DNA of 64,000 nucleotides from Candidatus Dojkabacteria bacterium (lineage in GTDB: Bacteria > Patescibacteriota > Dojkabacteria > SC72 > JAFGCJ01). Under the pieces are notes generated by a model that was not told the DNA's origin, ran no database searches, and saw only the letters and a program-made list of their open reading frames with translations. The position numbers were made by a program, and so were the translations under genes. Each line of letters begins with the position of its first letter. Position 1 is the stretch's first letter. Positions 42,562 through 50,309 of this stretch are shown in pieces. The DNA lies in assembly GCA_016929645.1 (NCBI GenBank), contig JAFGIK010000028.1, positions 11,402-75,401 of the forward strand, given 5' to 3'.

Positions 42562-43116
42562 TTAATTACCACCTTCTAAAATTGCAACTTTATCCTCAAG
42601 CTCTGCCACTTTTGACTTTAAACTATCTAAATCACTAGCACCAACTGTTGCATAGCTAAGATAAATCATAGCTATTAATCCTCCTATTGAGAAAATAAGT
42701 GTAAAAATCCTTATCATGACGGATACAAATGAGACTAAACCAGGATATACATTTCGTTCAAAAATGCCACCTTCGGCATCACCTTCTGAATCTGAATCTT
42801 TGGAATCGTCGGAACCACCCCAAAGAGAAGAAATATCATTCCATATACCTTGAGTTGTTTCAGTTGCAGTCTCAATACCAGAAAAATCTTCATCAATATT
42901 GGTAATTTTCTCGTACACCCCAGCCTGCTTCAAACTAAAATCTGCAATTTTATCGAAAACAACGGGAATCAAAATCGCCACAAGAGCTACTGCAGCAAGA
43001 GCAAAGAAAAAAAACTTAAGACCTGCGTTCATCAAAGAAACCAATTTGCTGCGAATTAAAAAGACACCAACAATTACAAATATGAAAACAACAAGAATAA
43101 TCGAAATATAATTCAT
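42562..43116 (-). CDS. Hypothetical membrane protein
   Basis: 3 TM segments, C-terminal coiled coil. Confidence 0.7.
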   Translation of the reverse strand: MNYISIILVVFIFVIVGVFLIRSKLVSLMNAGLKFFFFALAAVALVAILIPVVFDKIADFSLKQAGVYEKITNIDEDFSGIETATETTQGIWNDISSLWGGSDDSKDSDSEGDAEGGIFERNVYPGLVSFVSVMIRIFTLIFSIGGLIAMIYLSYATVGASDLDSLKSKVAELEDKVAILEGGN

Positions 43117-43341
43117 AACGATGATTAAAAAAATTGATATAGATTATGGCAGTAAGACAATTTTAACACATCCTTTCAAAAACACTACCGTGATGTACCA
43201 TCCATCATAAAAACCCATAACTTGCACAAACATGGTATCATTACAGCTATTTCATAGTTTCCTTTTTCTAATTGAAATAGGCACTTGTTGACTCTTTACC
43301 AAAAGTCATTAAAACCCTATAATACATGCAAAATAATATTT

Positions 43342-43944
43342 ATGAATGAAATCATGCATAATTACGTAGAACTGTTTTCTACCCCACATAATGAAGAAAT
43401 GACAGGTCAACAATATTATCTTTCAATCTTAAATAGAGGATTTGATTTAGAAATAGGACAAGAAACGGAAGGAATTCATAGAATATCAATGCAAGTTGTT
43501 ACCTTAAATCTAACAGCCACAGGAGACACCATCGGATTTGAAATAGGAAGGTTAACTGATGCCACACGACGGATAGTATTTAGTCCTACCTACACATACG
43601 ATACTCGCTGTGCAACTGTGCTATACGCAAATCAAACTTATACCGCCTTAGCTCAATATTCATATATGTATCCTAATCTTCATCCGAACAATCTTGTATT
43701 GCGATTAATACATGAAAGCCCAGAAAATACTCACAAAAGATCAAGCTTTTACATAGGTAATAATGGCACTCTAGTTAACTCATCTACAAGACAGCCTAAT
43801 GATGATAGGGATTTAAGACAGATGTGGTGGGAGGCTGAATCAAAAGTCTTTCCATTTATTTCTCCAGAAGATTCCGCTCTATTATTCTTCAATTCAACTT
43901 ATAATATACCACAGTTTATAAAGGAAAGAACAAGTAAATACTAG
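43342..43944 (+). CDS. Hypothetical protein
   Basis: 200 aa from ATG 43342; TATAAT upstream, terminator downstream. Confidence 0.55.
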   Translation: MNEIMHNYVELFSTPHNEEMTGQQYYLSILNRGFDLEIGQETEGIHRISMQVVTLNLTATGDTIGFEIGRLTDATRRIVFSPTYTYDTRCATVLYANQTYTALAQYSYMYPNLHPNNLVLRLIHESPENTHKRSSFYIGNNGTLVNSSTRQPNDDRDLRQMWWEAESKVFPFISPEDSALLFFNSTYNIPQFIKERTSKY

Positions 43945-43983
43945 GTTCAACCATATAAATTTTGCCAAAACTATATTTCAAGC

Positions 43984-44014
43984 AAAAAAAGCACCCAGTT
44001 ACCTGAGTGCTTTT
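43984..44014. terminator. Bidirectional intrinsic terminator
   Basis: AAAAAAAGCACCCAG-TTAC-CTGAGTGCTTTT between convergent genes. Confidence 0.7.
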
Positions 44015-44069
44015 CTACAAACTATCAAGAAGTCGGGCCATAATTAATAAATTATGCAATTGCCCTAAC

Positions 44070-44195
44070 TTATCTTGATTTCTTGGCAGTTTTTTTCTTT
44101 TTTGGCTTTGCTTTTGACTTTGTCGTCTTTCGCACAGTCTTTTTTACGGTCTTCTTTGCTGCCTTTTTCTTTGTTACCTTCTTGGCTTTTGGCAT
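44070..44195 (-). CDS. 41-aa Lys-rich histone H1-tail-like protein
   Basis: MPKAKKVTKKKAAKKTVKKTVRKTTKSKAKPKKKKTAKKSR; 22 of 41 residues K/R; terminator follows. Confidence 0.75.
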   Translation of the reverse strand: MPKAKKVTKKKAAKKTVKKTVRKTTKSKAKPKKKKTAKKSR

Positions 44196-44402
44196 TGAAA
44201 GAATAAAGATAAAGTAATATATAAATATTAATTTAACATGAGAGGGAAAATAGTCAATACCAAATTTACATTTATTATGAAAACACATTAATGACAGCAC
44301 GGATACCTACTTATAATTATCAAGCTAAAATAATATCAAAACCTCGTGAATAACTAATCAATAACCAAGAAAAGGTAATTTTCATATTTGATGCAAAAAC
44401 GA

Positions 44403-45125
44403 TCAATCCTTAAGACCAAGTACTTTCAACAATTGAGGAAAACGAACAATAGTAAAATCTGGCTTTATGTCTGAATCCTTAGGAATTTCCTTCTTTTTAG
44501 GATTAAACCAGCAACAATCAATTCCGAAAGATTTTGCTCCTACGATATCTGCATCGAAATTATCACCAATCATAATAATTTCGTTTTTTTGAGCTCCTGT
44601 TTTATTAAGTGCTAATTCAAAGATTTGGGGTTCTGGTTTAGTGTAAATAACCTCCTCCGAAGCAACAAAAAAGTCTATTAAATCAGCAATCTTCAGAGAA
44701 ATTATCTTCTCAAGCCGAGAATGTAAAGATCCATCTGAGACAGCAGTAATTTTTATTCCAGAGTCTCTGATTTTTTGTAAAGTCTCAAGAACTCCAGGAA
44801 ATAACTGAATATACACATTAACAGTAAACCAATAAGCTTCATGCATTTCTAAAATCATTTCCTCATTAGACTTTATACCTAATCTCTCAAGTAAATTCTC
44901 AAAAAGGATTGCACGATTATGTGAAATTGTATTATGTACATAAGTTTCTTTCAAATCTTTCCTTACTTCAAGAAACAATTCTTTAAATTTTGTATATTTT
45001 ACCTTAGGATAAAATGAATGAAGTTTTTCGTATGAAACCCTAATTGCCTCATTGTAAAGGCTTTTAGAATTAAAAAGCGTTTCATCAAGATCGGTAAATA
45101 AATGCTTGTATTTTAATGTTTTCAT
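44403..45125 (-). CDS. HAD hydrolase, YjjG-like nucleotidase
   Basis: DLDETL, KPEPQIF, IGDNFDADIVGA. Confidence 0.9.
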   Translation of the reverse strand: MKTLKYKHLFTDLDETLFNSKSLYNEAIRVSYEKLHSFYPKVKYTKFKELFLEVRKDLKETYVHNTISHNRAILFENLLERLGIKSNEEMILEMHEAYWFTVNVYIQLFPGVLETLQKIRDSGIKITAVSDGSLHSRLEKIISLKIADLIDFFVASEEVIYTKPEPQIFELALNKTGAQKNEIIMIGDNFDADIVGAKSFGIDCCWFNPKKKEIPKDSDIKPDFTIVRFPQLLKVLGLKD

Positions 45126-45174
45126 ACCTTTATCATATCTTATTTTATTAACTATTTAAAGTAATATTTCTCTA

Positions 45175-45400
45175 TTGTTTTTTGAATAATCCTATAGTAT
45201 AATCAGTGCTATGAATTTTTATATTCAAAAACACAAACGAAACGAAAATAATGAGAGATGCATTAGCCTTATTAAGCGTTCAGCATTCATGGGAATTGTC
45301 GTCCCTTGTACAAAAATGCTGAATAACGGAGGCTAATAGTTATCGAGCAACTTATCTCTTTTGATACAATAAAGCCTCCAATACGGAGGCTTTTTTATTG
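45175..45400 (+). promoter_or_regulatory. Putative uORF-based transcription attenuator
   Basis: TTGTTT-17-TATAAT, leaderless uORF 45211-45336, alternative 1:2/2:3/3:4 pairings, terminator AAAGCCTCC-AATAC-GGAGGCTTTTTT at 45371-45396. Confidence 0.65.
45211..45336 (+). CDS. Putative leader peptide (41 aa)
   Basis: MNFYIQKHKRNENNERCISLIKRSAFMGIVVPCTKMLNNGG; ATG 7 nt after TATAAT. Confidence 0.5.
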   Translation: MNFYIQKHKRNENNERCISLIKRSAFMGIVVPCTKMLNNGG

Positions 45401-45578
45401 TTTTATTTTCCTCATAAATTTCTAATAAACCATAAAAACTCTCTAGTAGCATCCTTTTCTTGCACCACGTATTGGAGGTTTTGCTGTCTTAGAAGCATTT
45501 AAGACAGCTCTTTACAATCACATATCTTAACAATCCAAATTCAGACATATCACTTAGCTGGCATAGAAAAGGAGAAAG

Positions 45579-46787
45579 ATGAATGCTCAAACAAACCGGT
45601 TCAAGAAGTACTTTATTGTCTCGATTTTCCTGCTTAGCTCGTTTATGACAGGATTCGAGTTTATTGGGTCCATTATCACCCCATTTTTCACAAAATGGGC
45701 AGGGCTGGAGTATGTATGGATCATGACTCTCCAATCTTGGTTCTCGGCAATAATCTTCATCATGGAAATTCCGACAGGAATGATAGGCGACAAGTTTGGA
45801 AACAAGTTGTCCGTAGGTTTAGGTTATCTGTTCATGCTTATTGGAACAATAACCTACACAATTGTCCCTGACCTCAGACTTTTCTTCATCGCAGAGGCCC
45901 TTTTTGCAATCGGGGTGTCGTTTTGCTCAGGGGCAGACCAAAGCCTTCTGTCAAACGCAATGAGAGATCTTGGAATGAAAGATTCATTCTCAAGAATCCA
46001 AGGCCTGAAGCAAAACTTCCATCTTGCAGGAATGATGTGCGCAGGACTACTGACAAAAGTCGTAGTCACAGCGCTGCCTCTCAATAAGGTTTTCAGACTG
46101 GGAGCTGTAGGCCACGCACTTGCGCTGATACTGCTGATTGCGTTTATTCCTGATTCTACTAACGGTAGGCACCACAAGTCATTTATAACGATAATAAAGA
46201 ATGCGGTAGTGCAGCTGCGAGAGCGACACGAACTCAGAAGAGTCTCAATCTATATCATGTTGATCTATAGCATCGGATACTTTGTAATCTGGACCAATCA
46301 GGCACTACTGACAATGATTGGTATCCCAGAAACAGAATTTGGATTCTATCGAATACTTTTCACTGGCACAGAGATTGTGATAACAAGCATCGCAATCGAG
46401 ATTCAGGCGAGGGTAAAGAATAAACGGAGATTTAACTTTATTCTCGTTGTGTTCATTGCTGTGGGCTTTATTGTCGGAGCAATCTCGAAAACATGGATTG
46501 GTGCAGCGTTGTTCATCACATTATCTGGGGGCATCGGTATGTCCTTCATTACAATCCAAACAGGGGTGATAGACAAACTTATCAACCGTGCAGAGAAGTC
46601 GACGGTGCTCTCCGGAATTAGCATGATCAGAAGAATCATAATTGCTGCATTGAACCCAATCGTGGGCCATTTCATGGATATAAACTTGCGATTGGTACTC
46701 GTTGTAATAGGCGTTGCAACGCTTGCATGCATGCTAATAGTGCCAAGAAACACAGACTTCACAGCGAAGGCTGTAGAAGAGGATTAG
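45579..46787 (+). CDS. MFS transporter
   Basis: About 12 TMs, MEIPTGMIGDKFGNK motif A, SGADQSLL. Confidence 0.9.
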   Translation: MNAQTNRFKKYFIVSIFLLSSFMTGFEFIGSIITPFFTKWAGLEYVWIMTLQSWFSAIIFIMEIPTGMIGDKFGNKLSVGLGYLFMLIGTITYTIVPDLRLFFIAEALFAIGVSFCSGADQSLLSNAMRDLGMKDSFSRIQGLKQNFHLAGMMCAGLLTKVVVTALPLNKVFRLGAVGHALALILLIAFIPDSTNGRHHKSFITIIKNAVVQLRERHELRRVSIYIMLIYSIGYFVIWTNQALLTMIGIPETEFGFYRILFTGTEIVITSIAIEIQARVKNKRRFNFILVVFIAVGFIVGAISKTWIGAALFITLSGGIGMSFITIQTGVIDKLINRAEKSTVLSGISMIRRIIIAALNPIVGHFMDINLRLVLVVIGVATLACMLIVPRNTDFTAKAVEED

Positions 46788-46816
46788 TTGATAGGACAAG
46801 ATATGTGACAAGAGTA

Positions 46817-46849
46817 GGCGGGAGGGAAATCTCCGATTTCCCTCCCGCC
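46817..46849. terminator. 15-bp perfect hairpin between convergent genes
   Basis: GGCGGGAGGGAAATC-TCC-GATTTCCCTCCCGCC. Confidence 0.7.
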
Positions 46850-46926
46850 AGGTTTTCAATAAAAACATGCGGCAATAACACCGACAAATTAACAACGTCC
46901 TAAAGGAGTGATACACAGTTATAACA

Positions 46927-47619
46927 TTACTCAGTACTGGAAAAAGAGATGCTATCGACAAGGTTTTCGTAGTATTCTTCATGTGAACGATCAATATCAT
47001 CCCACCATGAGATTGTATGAACATAGCTGCCAGCATCAACTACAATATATTTTCCAAAATAAATATCTTTTTTGGATTCATCATAGGACAAATCGATTTC
47101 ACCTTCATAATAAAAACATGGGATACCTCCAACCAAAATCTCACCTTGAACTGGCTCACTGACCCAACTGTAATTGGAAATTGAATTCAAGAGAAGTTCA
47201 GGTTTTGTTCCTAGCCCTGGCAAAGATTCGATTTGAAGTGTCGACACTGGATAATTTGACTCAGAAAGTACAATTTCCGTGTCAAAGCATGGCGAACATT
47301 GACCAGTATTCGTACATCGGTCATAACATTCTTCTGGAGTATTAAGCTTGGCATTCTGCGGGTATTTAATTCTAAATCCGTATCCCAAGGCATTTTCGTA
47401 GATCTCCCATTCCTCAACATCAGGAATCAGAACCTCAGAATCTTCATCTGTGTCTCCTTCATCTTCTGATACATTTGCATCATTACCATTAATTATATAT
47501 TCATTAAACATCAAATATCCCCAAATAATAATTAAACCGGCAATAAAGATAACCATCAATAATCTGGAATTTCTGTTTATTTGAGGTTCTTTTTTCTTTT
47601 TTGTATCTACTTCCCCCAT
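46927..47619 (-). CDS. Membrane-anchored hypothetical protein, PsbP-like
   Basis: TM, acidic linker, WEIYENALGYGFRIKYP, ends LVDSISF. Confidence 0.65.
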   Translation of the reverse strand: MGEVDTKKKKEPQINRNSRLLMVIFIAGLIIIWGYLMFNEYIINGNDANVSEDEGDTDEDSEVLIPDVEEWEIYENALGYGFRIKYPQNAKLNTPEECYDRCTNTGQCSPCFDTEIVLSESNYPVSTLQIESLPGLGTKPELLLNSISNYSWVSEPVQGEILVGGIPCFYYEGEIDLSYDESKKDIYFGKYIVVDAGSYVHTISWWDDIDRSHEEYYENLVDSISFSSTE

Positions 47620-47627
47620 ATCAACTA

Positions 47628-48125
47628 TTAATTCTTTTTTAAATAAATCACACCGGAAATATGTTTTGATTTATGTTCTTTTTCGGTATTTGCATCTAGT
47701 GCATCCGTTAATATTGAGGTTTCAAAATCTTCATGATTAATTATTTTTTCATTAACAATAGCGACATCATGTTTTATTGAATTTGCATTACGATTCTCTT
47801 CCATATGAACAATAGGAATATTTTTGGATTTCTGCTTAATTCTGACATTACTATCACTACCATCAGAGTAAATTGATTGTCGCTTTGAGGTGGAAACCTC
47901 TATCCTTAAAGAACGGCCTTCAAAGGCTTTCCCATCCAAAGATTTGATCACATCTTCCACGTTCACTTCATCCTCCATAGTGACAAAGGCGAAACCTTTA
48001 AATCTACCGTTTTTAAACTTAGCAATTGAGACTTCTTTCACTTTACCTGCTTTTTCAAACCAATCTTTAAGAGATTCTTCTGTGCTTGACCAAGGAATAT
48101 TACCCACAAACAGCATATTTGACAT
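47628..48125 (-). CDS. RRM RNA-binding protein
   Basis: RNP2 LFVGNI and RNP1 KGFAFVTM. Confidence 0.88.
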   Translation of the reverse strand: MSNMLFVGNIPWSSTEESLKDWFEKAGKVKEVSIAKFKNGRFKGFAFVTMEDEVNVEDVIKSLDGKAFEGRSLRIEVSTSKRQSIYSDGSDSNVRIKQKSKNIPIVHMEENRNANSIKHDVAIVNEKIINHEDFETSILTDALDANTEKEHKSKHISGVIYLKKN

Positions 48126-48156
48126 AAATATCATCTTAGAAAAATAAATATTAAGG

Positions 48157-49887
48157 CTATAAGCGCCAATCCACAGGCTCATCTAGTTCTCGGATGAGCA
48201 CGAAATATGAAGATTTTGAATCCAGAGCAAAATCGTTACCATAATAAGTTTGATTATCATATATCAATCCTTTGTATCGACCATCCACATAAGCCATAAC
48301 AGACTTTGCTCCAATTGAATTATTATTTAGTTCATCAAGTAATTCTTTTGCCATAATACCATCATTAAAAACAGAATGGTCCCAACTCGTTGAATCACTA
48401 CCTCCGAGAGAAATCAGATTCCAGCCGACATTTAAATGTATAGCATCACTTTGTTCCAACTCATTTACAGACATAGAGATATCCGCCCCAGTAGAATTAA
48501 CAATATATCCTGTATTTGATTCCAAATCAAAATTATTTCCATAAAACTCTCCATTTGACTTCTTTTCATAGCTGATCCAACGTCCATTGTCATATGTGGC
48601 AATAGACCTGAAGTTTCCGTTTGATGAAGTAATATATTCTGCAATACTTTCAGCTTTTCGACCATCAAGATCATATGGAAAAGAAACAAAAGTTGATCCT
48701 GGATCTAGTTCGTAACTAACATCTATCTTCGTTTCTTCATTGTCATCATCAGACAATGGATATTTGTAATCTTCAAAATTTCCTTGTACCTCAAAAATTT
48801 TCTGCTGGTTTTCTACAAAATTATTATCAGCATCAATTAATGTTCTTTTGAATTCGATGTTATCATTAGATACGGTCGCTATAATAACCTCATCATAAAG
48901 ACCCGGAGCACCAACATTTTCTGTAGATACACCATACATTGACCATAATTGAACACCATTATAAACCTCATCTCCACCTTTATGACCATGTCCCATAAAT
49001 ACGGCTTTCAGATTACTATCACAGCCTAGTTCATCAATAATATACTTTGGGAAAAGAGTTCCATCAGAGGAAGAAGTTTCACGGTGATGAATAAACATGA
49101 TTGATGCTGAAGCTTTGTTTGAATCACACACCTCGCTTCTTATCCAATTCATATCTTCTGTATTTCCTGGAAAATTTTGAAAAAAATTATAACCAAGTAT
49201 GATGAAATTTATATTTCCCCTAACAAAGGAATATGTGTGATCAGTACTATCTGCTGTACAAAATCCATTGGTAGCAATTTCAGGATTAAATGGTGCAGGA
49301 AAATCTGTTTTAGTCTGAAGCTCTACAGTTTCAAAATTAGCAGAATAATGATCTCGAGGGCTTTCTGCTTCAGAGCCCCAATAGTTAAAAGTGCCATTAC
49401 AAATGCCATTCTCATAGCTATCCAGCATTACGTATTTTTTGTTGGGATATTCAGTTCCTTCAACTCGCTCTACGTCATGATTGCCGAGAGCCACATGAAT
49501 TTCCATAAGCTCATCTTTATCAGTTTGTGTAATATATTCCTTTGATTGCAAGGCAAGTAATCCTTTTGTAGGCTGATATCTGTAATCTCCAACATGAACA
49601 TCGCCCATCTTGTGGGCCCAGGTAATATCACCAACATGAATTAGCATTTTAGAATCGTTTTCAGCGACTTGTTGAAACAGAGTGTCATATGACTGAGTCT
49701 CAGTATTATGGGTATCTGTTATTATCGAAAACGACCAAGGTGTAAACTGCTCTGTTGTAGCACTACTTCTGGGATCCATTGTCGTTGACTGTTGTGTCAA
49801 AGCTACGACTATAAAAAATAGCGTTAAACTAACACTAAAGATCCCAATTATAAAAAAATTATTGCTGTTGTTTTTGCGAACGGGCAT
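48157..49887 (-). CDS. Anchored calcineurin-like metallophosphoesterase with two C-terminal repeats
   Basis: DTH, GD, GNHD, HH, GHGH; repeats GWNLISL and YGNxFxL. Confidence 0.85.
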   Translation of the reverse strand: MPVRKNNSNNFFIIGIFSVSLTLFFIVVALTQQSTTMDPRSSATTEQFTPWSFSIITDTHNTETQSYDTLFQQVAENDSKMLIHVGDITWAHKMGDVHVGDYRYQPTKGLLALQSKEYITQTDKDELMEIHVALGNHDVERVEGTEYPNKKYVMLDSYENGICNGTFNYWGSEAESPRDHYSANFETVELQTKTDFPAPFNPEIATNGFCTADSTDHTYSFVRGNINFIILGYNFFQNFPGNTEDMNWIRSEVCDSNKASASIMFIHHRETSSSDGTLFPKYIIDELGCDSNLKAVFMGHGHKGGDEVYNGVQLWSMYGVSTENVGAPGLYDEVIIATVSNDNIEFKRTLIDADNNFVENQQKIFEVQGNFEDYKYPLSDDDNEETKIDVSYELDPGSTFVSFPYDLDGRKAESIAEYITSSNGNFRSIATYDNGRWISYEKKSNGEFYGNNFDLESNTGYIVNSTGADISMSVNELEQSDAIHLNVGWNLISLGGSDSTSWDHSVFNDGIMAKELLDELNNNSIGAKSVMAYVDGRYKGLIYDNQTYYGNDFALDSKSSYFVLIRELDEPVDWRL

Positions 49888-50110
49888 ATTACTATATTAC
49901 ATTATCGACAGAGTTTTTACTATATAGGCTACGGGATTGTAAATTTTAAATGTACCTTCTTTGGTAAATAATTTGCTTAAGAAATTTATCTATTTTGAAT
50001 GTTATCCTAAACAACAAATTAGCGGGTCCTGAAGCTAATTGGGTTAAAAACCCTGGGATGGCAACCCAATAAATATCTTCTTCTAGAAATCATCCTAAGC
50101 AAGCCTAACA

Positions 50111-50274
50111 TTGACTTCAGATTACCTTATAGCTAAAATCCTAATAATTTATGAAAACATTGAACAACTCAAAATTAATGATGGTAATGATGATGCAAAA
50201 CCTCTAGGAGGCATGTGATTCATATACTTTCATTAAAATCGCATACCTCCGAAAAGGAGGTTTTTTGTTTTTTT
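50111..50274 (+). promoter_or_regulatory. Met-sensing ribosome-mediated attenuator of metG
   Basis: TTGACT-17-TAAAAT; leader ORF with five internal ATG; antiterminator 50207-50220/50237-50250; terminator ACCTCC-GAAAA-GGAGGT plus U-tract. Confidence 0.85.
50151..50207 (+). CDS. metG leader peptide MKTLNNSKLMMVMMMQNL
   Basis: ATG ATG GTA ATG ATG ATG at 50178-50195; TAG at 50205-50207. Confidence 0.85.
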   Translation: MKTLNNSKLMMVMMMQNL

Positions 50275-50309
50275 ATGCTATATGAATTAAACTCTTTAGT
50301 GAATATTTA

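Noticed and set aside
45211-45400. 6S RNA or SRP RNA
   Set aside because: No SRP GGAA/AGCAG motif or symmetric 6S bubble; uORF plus alternative stems fit an attenuator better, though not excluded without Rfam
32948-49900. Integrative island at ssrA
   Set aside because: No integrase and no long duplicate of the tmRNA 3' end seen; only accessory-looking genes
50000-50075. SAM-I-like fragments upstream of metG (TTATC, TGAAGC, GGCAACC, small hairpins)
   Set aside because: No GGTGC or closing P1 strand found, and it lies upstream of the leader promoter
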